Assembly: GCA_017936565.1 (NCBI GenBank) | Contig: JAGBFG010000043.1 | Coordinates: 91,993 to 155,992, forward strand | Length of the DNA stretch: 64,000 nucleotides | Direction: 5' to 3' | DNA from: Clostridia bacterium | GTDB taxonomy: Bacteria > Bacillota > Clostridia > Oscillospirales > CAG-272 | Shown here: positions 9,103-17,894 of the stretch, piece after piece | Layout of the letters: each line of letters opens with the position of its first letter | How positions within the stretch are numbered: position 1 is the stretch's first letter | Made by a program: the position numbers and the translations under genes | The notes under the pieces: model-generated | Told to the model about the DNA's origin: nothing | The model's database searches: none | What the model saw: only the letters and a program-made list of their open reading frames with translations

Positions 9103-9366
9103 ATGAAATATCGTGACGTTGTTTTCCAAAACGCTGTGGGCCTGCATGGCAGACCCGCTACATACTTCATCCAGAAGGCAAACAGCTATAAAAGCGATAT
9201 CAGACTGATTAAGGGAAATGATGACGTTAATGCCAAAAGCCTTTTGGGCGTCCTTCACCTCGGTATTTCGCAGGGAACGCGTATCACCTTAATGGCAACG
9301 GGAGAAGACGAGGATTCCGCGCTTGAAGAGCTTGCCGAACTGATTGAAAACGGTTGCGGAGGCTAA
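9103..9366 (+). CDS. ptsH: Phosphocarrier protein HPr
   Basis: His15 context GLHGRPA and Ser46 context NAKSLLGV. 87 aa. ATG at 9103 follows a purine-rich SD. Confidence 0.9.
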   Translation: MKYRDVVFQNAVGLHGRPATYFIQKANSYKSDIRLIKGNDDVNAKSLLGVLHLGISQGTRITLMATGEDEDSALEELAELIENGCGG

Positions 9367-9395
9367 TCCTCACCATACACTAAATAAAAGGAGTT

Positions 9396-9428
9396 GCGGC
9401 AGGCTTTGTGCTTGCCGCCCTTTTTCTT
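9396..9428 (+). terminator. Intrinsic terminator after ptsH
   Basis: 8-bp stem gcggcagg/cttgccgc (one G-U pair), a 7-nt loop, then cctttttctt. Confidence 0.65.
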
Positions 9429-11264
9429 ATGATAACAACATTACAACGCTTACGCGAAAAAGCAAAGGCGCTTCCCCTTTCCCCCGGGGTGTATCTGATG
9501 AAAAACAAAATGGGGACCGTGATTTACGTGGGAAAATCCCGCAAGCTGCGTCAAAGAGTTTCCCAGTATTTCACCGAGGGAGAGCAAGCGCCCAAAACAA
9601 GACGCTTGGTTTCGAACATCGCTGACTTTGATTATATTGTCTGCGACAATGAGGTCGAGGCGTTAAGCCTGGAAAATACTCTCATCAAGAAATACGCGCC
9701 GCGCTACAACATCAAATTGAAGGACGCAAAGTCCTACCCCTATATCGCCATAACAAAGGGAGCCTTTCCCCGTGTTATCGTGACGCGAAGCCGTAAAAAC
9801 GACGGGGCTCTCTATTTCGGTCCGTACCCCTCTTCCACGGAAGCCAAAATCAACGCCGAAACGGTGAACCGCATTTTTCGGCTTCCCAAATGCAGCCACC
9901 GCTTTCCTGAGGAAACAGGAAAGGTTCGTCCTTGCCTGTATCACCAAATGGGTAGGTGTCTTGCCCCTTGTCTTGCCTCTTGCTCCAAAAAGGAGTATGA
10001 GGAAGCCATCAAGGGTGCCGCCGAGGTTCTGTCGGGCAACGTGCAAAAGTGCGCTGAGGCTATGAAAAAAAATATGCTGTCTTTGGCAGAAAACGAGCAG
10101 TTTGAGGCTGCCGCCCGCCAAAGAGACGCCATTGCCGCCTTGAAGCGTCTGGGCGAAACCCAAAAGGTTGTGGGCGAAGAAACGGTCTTTATGGATGTCT
10201 GGGCTATGTCGGTTGAAGAAACCGCAGGGGCGCTTTCCCTGCTTTCCGTGCGGGGTGGGGCGCTGAACCGCAAGCACGACTTTACCTTTTCGGGCCAGGA
10301 GCTGCTTGACGAGGAAAGAGCCTTGGACTTCATCGCCGCCTACTACGGCGAGCACAGCGATATTCCGCAAAGAATTTTGCTTTCCTTCTCTGCTGAGACG
10401 GAGGGCGTTTCTCTTTTATCTCTCTATCTTTCGGAGAAAAAAGGGAAAAAGGCTTCTGTGCTTTTGCCCAAAAAGGGGAAAAACCGCGCCTTGTGCGATA
10501 TGGCGGAAAGAAATGCCAAGGAAGCGGTGGACAAATACCGCCAAAGCGCCGCAAGAGATGAGAAGACCGCCCTTTCCCTCACCAGGCTTTTGGCGTTAAG
10601 CGCGCCGCCCTCTCGTATTGAGCTTTACGATATTTCCTCTATCGGCGGCGAAGAAACCACCGCCGGTATGATTGTATGGGAAGAGGGAAAAATGAGCCGA
10701 AATCATTACCGCCTTTTCCGCATTCAGACGGTACAAAACGATGATTACGGCGCTATGCGCGAGGTTCTTTTCCGCCGCTTTTCCCACCTTGAAGACAAAG
10801 AAAGCTTCGGGCGGTTTCCCGATTTGATTTTGCTTGACGGCGGAAAGCAACACGTGCGCGTGGGAAGAGAGGTTCTGCAAGAAATGGGGCTTTCCATTCC
10901 CCTTTTCGGGCTTGTTAAGAACGACAAGCACAAAACCGAAGCCCTGCACGATGGGGAAAGCAGTATTTCCTTTGCCAGAGAGCAGGACGTTTATATGCTT
11001 TTGTACCAGCTGCAAGAGGAGGTGCACCGCTTTACCGTCAGCGCGGTGATGCGCTCCAAAACCAAAAAGCTGCGCTCCTCTTCCTTGGAAAATATCAAGG
11101 GCATTGGCAGGGAAAGAGCAAAGCTTTTGCTTGATTATTTCGGAACCCTGCGGCGCGTCAAGACCGCCTCGGTTGAGGAGCTTTGCGCGGTAAAGGGAAT
11201 GACGCAGCCTGCCGCCTATGCCGTTTATCTTCATTTTCATCCCAAGGAGGAAGAAAAGCCGTGA
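9429..11264 (+). CDS. uvrC: Excinuclease ABC subunit C
   Basis: GIY-YIG N-terminus (PGVYLMKN...VIYVGKS...YF), a UVR domain, an RNase-H-like endonuclease domain and a C-terminal (HhH)2. The GTG at 9408 is an alternative start. Confidence 0.93.
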   Translation: MITTLQRLREKAKALPLSPGVYLMKNKMGTVIYVGKSRKLRQRVSQYFTEGEQAPKTRRLVSNIADFDYIVCDNEVEALSLENTLIKKYAPRYNIKLKDAKSYPYIAITKGAFPRVIVTRSRKNDGALYFGPYPSSTEAKINAETVNRIFRLPKCSHRFPEETGKVRPCLYHQMGRCLAPCLASCSKKEYEEAIKGAAEVLSGNVQKCAEAMKKNMLSLAENEQFEAAARQRDAIAALKRLGETQKVVGEETVFMDVWAMSVEETAGALSLLSVRGGALNRKHDFTFSGQELLDEERALDFIAAYYGEHSDIPQRILLSFSAETEGVSLLSLYLSEKKGKKASVLLPKKGKNRALCDMAERNAKEAVDKYRQSAARDEKTALSLTRLLALSAPPSRIELYDISSIGGEETTAGMIVWEEGKMSRNHYRLFRIQTVQNDDYGAMREVLFRRFSHLEDKESFGRFPDLILLDGGKQHVRVGREVLQEMGLSIPLFGLVKNDKHKTEALHDGESSISFAREQDVYMLLYQLQEEVHRFTVSAVMRSKTKKLRSSSLENIKGIGRERAKLLLDYFGTLRRVKTASVEELCAVKGMTQPAAYAVYLHFHPKEEEKP

Positions 11265-11824
11265 GAATTGTAACAGGAACCGCCAAGGGAAGAGCCTTGG
11301 AAACCTTGGAAGGTGAGCTAACCCGCCCAACAGGCGCAAAGGTCAAGGAGGCGGTCTTTTCCGCCCTGCAATTTGATATTGAGGGACGCAGCTTTTTGGA
11401 TCTGTTCGCGGGAAGCGGACAGATGGGTCTTGAAGCGCTCTCCCGCGGAGCGAGGCGCGCGGTGTTTGTGGACTCCTCAAAGGACGCCATTGACCTTGTC
11501 AAGCGCAACGCCAAGAAAACGGGGCTTTTTGACGCTTCTCATTTTTTGGTCAGCGATTTTCGTAGCTATATCCGCAAGGCATCGGGCAAGGAGTCCTTTA
11601 ACATCATTTATATCGACCCACCCTATAAGGAGCATTGGGCGAAGGAAGCCGTCCGACTGATTTTGAAGGCAGGCATTGCCGCGCCTCACTGTATTTTCAT
11701 TGCCGAGAGCGAGGAAGAGGATATTTTCGATGGCGATACGCCAAAGGAGCTTTCCATCTTAAAGAAAAAGCGCTACGGCAATTCCTATGTAACGGTATTC
11801 ACAAAAAAACAAACGGAAGAATAA
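11261..11824 (+). CDS. rsmD: 16S rRNA (guanine966-N2)-methyltransferase
   Basis: GTG start overlaps the uvrC stop (GTGA), with AAGGAGG upstream. Motifs RPT...KEA.F, LDLFAGSG and DPPY are present. Confidence 0.88.
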   Translation: MRIVTGTAKGRALETLEGELTRPTGAKVKEAVFSALQFDIEGRSFLDLFAGSGQMGLEALSRGARRAVFVDSSKDAIDLVKRNAKKTGLFDASHFLVSDFRSYIRKASGKESFNIIYIDPPYKEHWAKEAVRLILKAGIAAPHCIFIAESEEEDIFDGDTPKELSILKKKRYGNSYVTVFTKKQTEE

Positions 11825-11864
11825 AAGGAAGGAAGCCCTCTTTGCGAAGGCTACGGTCATCAAA

Positions 11865-12359
11865 ATGGCAAACCTGCGCCGCGGACTGATTACAGGCAGC
11901 TTTGACCCCTGCACCAAGGGGCACGAAAATTTAATCAAAAGAGCCGTCGCTCTATTTGACTGCGTGGACGTTGTCATTTTTCAGAACCCGCAAAAGAAAT
12001 ATTTATTTTCTCTTGAAGAGCGTCTTTCCTTTTTGCGGGCTGTTTGCCAGAAGTACCCAACTGTTACCGTGGGGTCTTCCGCGGGTATGGTGGTGGACTA
12101 CGTAAAGGATCGGGGCGTTTGCGCCATTATCAAGGGCGTGCGCGATGAAAAGGACTTTCTTTACGAAAAAGAAATGGCAGCCTACAATTTGGAGCACGGC
12201 GGCGCGCCTACTCTGCTTTTGCCAGCGGAAAAGGAAATTGAGGGGGTGTCATCCACCTTGGTACGCGAAGCGTTAGCCAAGGGAATGCTGCCCAAGGAGC
12301 TGCTGCCGCGCGAAATTTTGCCCCTTGTTGCGAAAACATACAACTTATCCCCCAAATAA
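11865..12359 (+). CDS. coaD: Phosphopantetheine adenylyltransferase
   Basis: Contains the GSFDPCTKGH nucleotidyltransferase motif. 164 aa. Confidence 0.93.
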   Translation: MANLRRGLITGSFDPCTKGHENLIKRAVALFDCVDVVIFQNPQKKYLFSLEERLSFLRAVCQKYPTVTVGSSAGMVVDYVKDRGVCAIIKGVRDEKDFLYEKEMAAYNLEHGGAPTLLLPAEKEIEGVSSTLVREALAKGMLPKELLPREILPLVAKTYNLSPK

Positions 12360-12361
12360 GA

Positions 12362-12389
12362 TTGACAAATTTATTTTTTTCATTATAAT
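12362..12389 (+). promoter_or_regulatory. Sigma-A-type promoter for pheST
   Basis: TTGACA, 16 nt, TATAAT. Confidence 0.6.
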
Positions 12390-12427
12390 ATATATTGTTT
12401 TAATGCGTAAGAAAGGTTGTTTTCCCT

Positions 12428-13459
12428 ATGATGACAGAAATGATAGCAAATCTCAAAAATACCTTTCAAGAACAGTTGGACGCCGCCACCACAAGCGAAG
12501 CCTTGGAGGCGGTGCGCGTTGCGTTTCTTGGAAAGAAGGGTCCGGTCAGCGATTTGATGAAATCCCTGCGCGATATGTCCGTTGAGGAAAAGAAGGAAGC
12601 GGGTCAGAGCATCAACGCGCTGAAAAATTATTTTGAGGAAGCCATCGCCCAAAAGGCAGCCGCCTTGGAAAAGGCAGCCTTGGATATGGCTGTGCGCTCC
12701 GCTAAAAAGTACAACCCCTCTATCCCCGCAGATAAAGAGGTCGGCTCCTACCACCCTATCACCTTAATTGCCCGTGACGTTGAGGAAATCTTTTCCAGTA
12801 TGGGCTTTACCGTGGAGGACTATGCGGAAATTGTTGACGACTATCAGTGCTTTGAGTCCTTAAACATTCCCAAGCACCACCCCGCCCGCGATATGCAGGA
12901 CACCTATTATCTGGAAAACGGGCAGCTGCTGAAAACGCAGACCTCTGCCGCCCAGAACCATATTATGAAAAAATACGGCGCGCCGCTTCGCGCCATTTTT
13001 CCCGGGCGTTGCTTCCGTAACGAAGCCACGGACGCCTGCCACGAAAACACCTTCTTCCAGATGGAAGGTATGATGATTGATAAAAACATCTCCATCTCCA
13101 ACCTGATTTACTTTATGAAAACGATGCTCAGCGAGGTATTCGGTAAGAAAATCAACGTGCGTCTGCGCCCGGGCTTCTTCCCCTTTACCGAGCCCGGCTT
13201 TGAGCTTGATATCAGCTGCTTGATTTGCGGCGGAAACGGCTGTCCGTCTTGCAAAAACTCCGGTTGGCTTGAGCTTTGCCCTTGCGGCATGATCCACCCC
13301 AACGTCTTGAAGGAAGGCGGCATTGACCCTGAGGAATACACGGGCTTTGCCTTCGGCTTGGGTATGACGCGATTGGCTATGATGAAATACGGCATCAAGG
13401 ACATTCGCAATTTCAACTCGGGCAACCTGAAGGCGCTTTCTCAATTCGAAAGCAATTAA
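12428..13459 (+). CDS. pheS: Phenylalanine--tRNA ligase alpha subunit
   Basis: Class II aaRS core with the typical PheS motifs (HPARDMQDTYY, FRNE..D..H...FHQ.EG). Confidence 0.95.
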   Translation: MMTEMIANLKNTFQEQLDAATTSEALEAVRVAFLGKKGPVSDLMKSLRDMSVEEKKEAGQSINALKNYFEEAIAQKAAALEKAALDMAVRSAKKYNPSIPADKEVGSYHPITLIARDVEEIFSSMGFTVEDYAEIVDDYQCFESLNIPKHHPARDMQDTYYLENGQLLKTQTSAAQNHIMKKYGAPLRAIFPGRCFRNEATDACHENTFFQMEGMMIDKNISISNLIYFMKTMLSEVFGKKINVRLRPGFFPFTEPGFELDISCLICGGNGCPSCKNSGWLELCPCGMIHPNVLKEGGIDPEEYTGFAFGLGMTRLAMMKYGIKDIRNFNSGNLKALSQFESN

Positions 13460-13483
13460 CCGCAAGAAAGGAAACGTTATACT

Positions 13484-15859
13484 ATGTTTGTTTCAATGAA
13501 CTGGATTGGCGATTTCGTCAATTTAGAGGGGCTTGATATTCCCGCTTTAATTCACCGCTTCACGCTTTCTACCGCTGAGGTAGAGGATGTGATATACAAG
13601 GGAAGGGACACCGATGGGGTAATTGTTGCCCGCGTGGTATCGGTGGAAAACCATCCCTCTTCCAAAAAGCTGCATCTGCTTAAAATTGATACGGGCAACG
13701 GCATCGTTGACTGTGTCTGCGGCGCGCCTAACGTGCGCGAGGGCTTGACCGTTGCCTTTGCTAAGGAAGGGGCTCACGTTTGCGGTACCCCTATCACCGC
13801 CGCTAAGGTTGGCGGATATATATCCTACGGTATGTGCTGCTCCGAGGCAGAGTTGGGTCTGTCCGCTGACAATTCAGGTCTTTGGGAGTTATCCGACGAG
13901 CTGCCTCTTGGCAAGGATTTGAAGGAAATCTACCCGATTGACGACATTGTTTTTGAGGTGGACAACAAGTCCTTGACCAACCGACCCGACCTTTGGGGGC
14001 ATTACGGCATCGCCAGAGAATTTGCCGCCATCGCGGAAAGAGAATTTTTGCCCGCTGCCAAGGAAGATTTGGCAAAATTCTCGCACTTGCCCGCTGTGGA
14101 TATTGATATTCGGGACAAGCAAAACGCCTACCGTTACATCGGCGTGAAGGTGGACAACATTACCCGCCACCAAAGCCCCGTGGAAATGCGTATTCGCTTG
14201 TTCTACTGCGGCTCCCGCGCCATCAATTTTTTGGCTGACTTAACCAACTATGTGATGCTTGAGCTCGGTCAACCAATGCACGCCTTTGATTTGCGCAAGG
14301 TGGATAAAATTGAGGTACAACGCTTCAACGAGCCCTTTACCTTCTTGACGCTTGACCACGAGGAGCGCACCATTGATGACCGTGTTCTGATGATTTGCTC
14401 TCACGAGAAGCCTGTCGCCATTGCGGGTATCAAGGGCGGCTTGGAATCGGGCATTGAGGACGATACGACATCCCTGCTTTTGGAAAGCGCCACCTTTGAC
14501 GGCGTTTGTATCCGTAAATCCGAGGGCATTCTCGGTCTTCGTACCGACGCTTCTATGCGCTATGAAAAAATGCTCGACCCTGAGCTTGCAGAGCTTGCTT
14601 GCGCGCGTTTCCTCTACTTGCTGCAAAAAATCGATACGGGCGCTACCGTTATCAGCGCCGCCAGCGACGCTTACGTCTACCATATTCCCAAAATTGTCAT
14701 TGACATTGACAAGGCGTATTTTGACCGTTATACTGGCATTGACATTTCCTCTGACCGCATTAAAAAAACCCTTTCCTCTCTCGGCTTCGGCATAGACAGA
14801 AGGGGCGATGCCTTCACCGTCACCGTTCCCACCTGGCGCGCCACCAAGGACGTAACCATTAAGGCGGACCTGATTGAAGAGGTTACCCGTATTTACGGGT
14901 ATGACAACTTTGAAATCACCACCTCTACCAGCCCCCTCTACCCTGTCCGTCCTGACAGAGCCAAGAGCGATGACAATCGCGCCAAGGACATTTTGGTGGA
15001 AGCCTTTGCTCTGCACGAGGTGCATTCTTATATCTGGTGCGACGGGGCATCTTACAAGGCGCTGTCCATTGACCTTCCCGACAATCCCCGCCTTATCAAC
15101 GCGCAAACACCCGATAACGCCATTTTGCGCGCCAATATGACGCCGACCTTGCTGCATTTCTTAGCGGAAAACCGCGGCTTCTCTTCCCGCTACGGCATTT
15201 TTGAAATCGGGCGCGTGGTCAAGGGCTATGGCGAAAACGGACTTTGCAACGAGCGCAAAACACTCGGCATTGCGCTTTGCGACAAAACGGCAGACGAGGA
15301 AGCCGCATTCCTTTCTGTGCGCGATATGATTTGCGCCATTTTCCGTCAAATCAAGCGCACACAGCCCTTGTTCGTTTCCTATGAGCCGAAGGAAGCCTTT
15401 ATGCACCCCGCAAACGCCTATGAAATTCAAGTAGACGGAAAGGCGATTGGGTTCTTATCCGTTCCTCATCCCTCTGTAAAAGCCAAGCTTGACCGCAAGG
15501 CAGCCTATGCCTTCGCGGAGCTGGATATGGACGCCTTCTCTGCCATTTCTCCCTTGGATATTCAGTATAACGAGCCTTCCCGCTTCCCTGCTATTGATAT
15601 TGACCTCTCCTTCTGGGGAGATGCTTCGGCTATCGTGTTTTACGAGCTGAAAAAGGGCTTTATGGCGAAGGGCGGCGAATGGCTGCAAAACGTCACCGTG
15701 GCGGACGTTTATAAGAGCGAGGAAGGAACCGACAGCATCACCTTCCGCTTCACCTTCTCCTCTAAGGAAAAAACCCTCTCCAAGAACGAATTGACCGTGT
15801 ATATCGAGGCTCTCATTGCCTATGCCGCGGAAAATCAGTTGAAGTTCAAGGAAATATAA
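13484..15859 (+). CDS. pheT: Phenylalanine--tRNA ligase beta subunit
   Basis: 791 aa. N-terminal tRNA-binding OB domain, B3/4 and B5 domains and a C-terminal FDX-ACB domain. Directly downstream of pheS. Confidence 0.95.
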   Translation: MFVSMNWIGDFVNLEGLDIPALIHRFTLSTAEVEDVIYKGRDTDGVIVARVVSVENHPSSKKLHLLKIDTGNGIVDCVCGAPNVREGLTVAFAKEGAHVCGTPITAAKVGGYISYGMCCSEAELGLSADNSGLWELSDELPLGKDLKEIYPIDDIVFEVDNKSLTNRPDLWGHYGIAREFAAIAEREFLPAAKEDLAKFSHLPAVDIDIRDKQNAYRYIGVKVDNITRHQSPVEMRIRLFYCGSRAINFLADLTNYVMLELGQPMHAFDLRKVDKIEVQRFNEPFTFLTLDHEERTIDDRVLMICSHEKPVAIAGIKGGLESGIEDDTTSLLLESATFDGVCIRKSEGILGLRTDASMRYEKMLDPELAELACARFLYLLQKIDTGATVISAASDAYVYHIPKIVIDIDKAYFDRYTGIDISSDRIKKTLSSLGFGIDRRGDAFTVTVPTWRATKDVTIKADLIEEVTRIYGYDNFEITTSTSPLYPVRPDRAKSDDNRAKDILVEAFALHEVHSYIWCDGASYKALSIDLPDNPRLINAQTPDNAILRANMTPTLLHFLAENRGFSSRYGIFEIGRVVKGYGENGLCNERKTLGIALCDKTADEEAAFLSVRDMICAIFRQIKRTQPLFVSYEPKEAFMHPANAYEIQVDGKAIGFLSVPHPSVKAKLDRKAAYAFAELDMDAFSAISPLDIQYNEPSRFPAIDIDLSFWGDASAIVFYELKKGFMAKGGEWLQNVTVADVYKSEEGTDSITFRFTFSSKEKTLSKNELTVYIEALIAYAAENQLKFKEI

Positions 15860-15880
15860 AAAAGCAAAAAACACAAAAAA

Positions 15881-15925
15881 GAGCCGTCTTGACTGCGAAT
15901 TTTGAGCATTGAGACGGCTCTTTTC
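15881..15925 (+). terminator. Intrinsic terminator after pheT
   Basis: Stem gagccgtct/agacggctc with a 22-nt loop, followed by tttt. Confidence 0.55.
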
Positions 15926-15948
15926 TTGCACTTTTTTATGGTTTTGGG

Positions 15949-15977
15949 TTGACAAAACAAGCCTTTTGTGCTATATT
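15949..15977 (+). promoter_or_regulatory. Sigma-A-type promoter for the lipoprotein gene
   Basis: TTGACA, 17 nt, TGcTATATT. Confidence 0.6.
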
Positions 15978-16013
15978 GTAATTAACCCAGATATTTTTTA
16001 GGAGGTATTCATT

Positions 16014-16439
16014 ATGAAAAAATCTATCAAACTGGTCGCTTTGACTATGGCGCTGGTTGTTTTTATGCTGGCGCTCGTTTCCTGCTCTACCTACGGCTCT
16101 ATCAAGAAAAACTTTGAAAAGAACGGCTACACGCTGCAAAACGCCGAAAATGAGCCCACGGAAACGATAGAGCTCGACGAGGGAGAAATCACCTACACCA
16201 TCCACACCTTCCAGAAGGAAGGAAGCGGTATCATCGGCAGCATTATGCAGGGCGTTTCCACCGCTGTTGTTTGGGAGTTCAGCTCTTCCAAGGATCTGCA
16301 AAAGGCAATGGCAGAGGATGAGGACATCAAAGCATTCTTGCAGGATGCAGATGAGTCCGAGTATGTCAATGGCAACTGCATTCTCATGACCATCAATCCC
16401 GACGCTGTTAAAATCTTCAACGGCGAGGACCTTGACTAA
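16014..16439 (+). CDS. Hypothetical lipoprotein
   Basis: Signal peptide with lipobox LVSC. SD is AGGAGG. An acidic 120-aa mature domain with no recognisable family. Confidence 0.6.
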   Translation: MKKSIKLVALTMALVVFMLALVSCSTYGSIKKNFEKNGYTLQNAENEPTETIELDEGEITYTIHTFQKEGSGIIGSIMQGVSTAVVWEFSSSKDLQKAMAEDEDIKAFLQDADESEYVNGNCILMTINPDAVKIFNGEDLD

Positions 16440-16451
16440 TCTTACATCAAA

Positions 16452-16494
16452 AATACCGATGGCGCGCAAAACGGTGTGCCATCGGTATTTTTTA
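16452..16494 (+). terminator. Intrinsic terminator
   Basis: 11-bp stem ataccgatggc/gccatcggtat followed by ttttt. Confidence 0.85.
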
Positions 16495-16525
16495 ATATGG
16501 ATTTTTGAAAGTTTCATATTAAAAC

Positions 16526-16556
16526 AGAAAAGCCTTCCCTTTTGGGAAGGCTTTTC
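16526..16556. terminator. Hairpin terminator immediately 3' of rnpB
   Basis: aaaagccttccc-tttt-gggaaggctttt, flanked by A- and T-runs. Confidence 0.75.
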
Positions 16557-16559
16557 TTT

Positions 16560-16931
16560 GTGACAGGGCTTGTAAGCCGGGTTCTGTTCCTGCTTGCGCA
16601 GGCTGCAATCATCTATCTTCGCTTGCCGTTACCGACAAGCTTACGCTTGTGCGTTGCCACCCAAGGAATCGCGGCGGGCAGCCGCCGGCTTGCGCCGTTC
16701 CCACGGTGTTGCTTCGGATAGAGTTTACATGACTTCCCTCGTCACCGAGGGAATGGTGAGCTCTTACCTCGCCTTTCCATCCTTACCGCTTGCGCGGCGG
16801 TTTATTTCTGTTGCACTATTCCTGAGGTCACCCTCGGCGGATGTTATCCGTTATCCTGCCCTATGAAGCCCGGACTTTCCTCGCCATACGACCTTTCGGC
16901 ATAATATGACGCGATTGCACCGCCCTGTTAC
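16560..16931 (-). ncRNA. rnpB: RNase P RNA (bacterial ribozyme subunit)
   Basis: The minus strand carries the universally conserved GAGGAAAGTCCGGGC (rc of 16868-16882) and ACAGAACCCGGCTTA near the 3' end. P1 pairing is ACAGGGC/GCCCTGT. A consensus promoter ends 7 nt upstream and a terminator follows. Length is about 370 nt. I did not determine the class (A or B). Confidence 0.88.
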
Positions 16932-16937
16932 GTGAAA

Positions 16938-16966
16938 ATTATAGCATCTTCCTTTTCTTTTGTCAA
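16938..16966 (-). promoter_or_regulatory. Sigma-A-type promoter for rnpB
   Basis: On the minus strand: TTGACA, 17 nt, TGcTATAAT. Confidence 0.7.
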
Positions 16967-16983
16967 GAAGAAGCGCAAGGATT

Positions 16984-17565
16984 TTATTCCCGCAATTTTT
17001 TCATACTGCCACTTTCAAGGAGCAAAATCCCTGCCGCAAGCGCTATGGCAAAATCGGGAAGCAGGAAGCTTCCGTTGTAGGAAATGGAATACAGAATGCC
17101 GCCAAGGACTCCGTCGTCCCATTGTCCCCAGATGGTAATTCCTGTGAAAAAATGGCACAAAAAGCGCAAGAACACACAAACAAACATTCCAAGATACACG
17201 CCAAAATTTTTCCATTTCCCCAAGGAAACCTTACGAAGCATACCCGAAAGACCCAAAATGGTGTAGGGAACGATGTAATCAAACAAGATGCAAACAAGAA
17301 GCACGAGCGTTGTCTGACAATAGGGGAACACGTTTCCCTTTATCAATGCCTGAAACACCTGAAACAGAGAAACCAGAAAGGCGCTGCCAAGCCCCCAGCG
17401 GCTTCCGTACAAAACGCCGATGAGAAGCACAGGGAGCATAGAAGCCGGGGTGACGGACCCGCCCATTGGCAGCTCCCACAGTGTGAACAGGCTCAACACC
17501 ACGGAGAGCGCCACAAAGGCGCTACAAACAACAAGCTTTTTCGTTTTTGATTTTCGAGATACCAT
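16984..17565 (-). CDS. thiT: ECF-transporter S component for thiamine (ThiT/YuaJ-like)
   Basis: Six-TM protein whose motifs resemble ThiT (RFLCHFFTGITIWGQW, YSISYNGS). It lies directly downstream of a TPP riboswitch. Confidence 0.8.
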   Translation of the reverse strand: MVSRKSKTKKLVVCSAFVALSVVLSLFTLWELPMGGSVTPASMLPVLLIGVLYGSRWGLGSAFLVSLFQVFQALIKGNVFPYCQTTLVLLVCILFDYIVPYTILGLSGMLRKVSLGKWKNFGVYLGMFVCVFLRFLCHFFTGITIWGQWDDGVLGGILYSISYNGSFLLPDFAIALAAGILLLESGSMKKLRE

Positions 17566-17595
17566 ATTTTTTCCTCTTTTCTTTTTTTGCTAAAA

Positions 17596-17628
17596 ACAAA
17601 ACCACACGAAAATAGCCGTGTGGTTTTT
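17596..17628 (-). terminator. Riboswitch expression-platform terminator
   Basis: Minus strand reads AAACCACACGGCTATTTTCGTGTGGTTTTGTTTTT, a 10-bp stem plus a U-tract, between the aptamer and the thiT start. Confidence 0.8.
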
Positions 17629-17629
17629 A

Positions 17630-17715
17630 CTGTCTTCCTACGCCGGCATTATCCGTATCAGGTTAAAAGGGTTTGGAAAATCCATCTCAGCCCGAAGGCA
17701 CCCCCGACTATTCAC
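17630..17715 (-). promoter_or_regulatory. TPP (THI-box) riboswitch
   Basis: Minus strand reads GGGGGTGCCTTCGGGCTGAGATGG...AACCTGATACGGATAATGCCGGCGTAGGAAG. This contains the conserved GGGGTGC, CTGAGA and CTGATxCGGATAATGCCGGCGxAGGGA-type cores. Confidence 0.88.
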
Positions 17716-17738
17716 TTGTCGTTTGCTTTTGCCCCATC

Positions 17739-17767
17739 ATTATAGCAGAAGCTCCCCTTGTTGTCAA
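17739..17767 (-). promoter_or_regulatory. Sigma-A-type promoter for the TPP riboswitch-thiT transcript
   Basis: On the minus strand: TTGACA, 17 nt, TGcTATAAT. Confidence 0.7.
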
Positions 17768-17815
17768 TGCTTTTTCACGATTTTTTCGCAAAGGACTCCG
17801 TTTTTTTGAAAGGTA

Positions 17816-17844
17816 TTGACAAAAAAGTGATTTTTTGGTATCAT
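17816..17844 (+). promoter_or_regulatory. Sigma-A-type promoter for hppA
   Basis: TTGACA, 17 nt, TGgTATCAT. Confidence 0.65.
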
Positions 17845-17894
17845 AATAGTTACCCCCTGCGAATTTTCAAAAAAATTAGGAGAAACAAAACCAA

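Noticed and set aside
12360-12427. T-box leaders expected upstream of pheS and hisS.
   Set aside because: The pheS spacer is only 68 nt and holds just a promoter and SD. The hisS upstream region is the mrnC gene. No T-box core (GGGTGGNACCGCG) is present at either site. Only serS has one.
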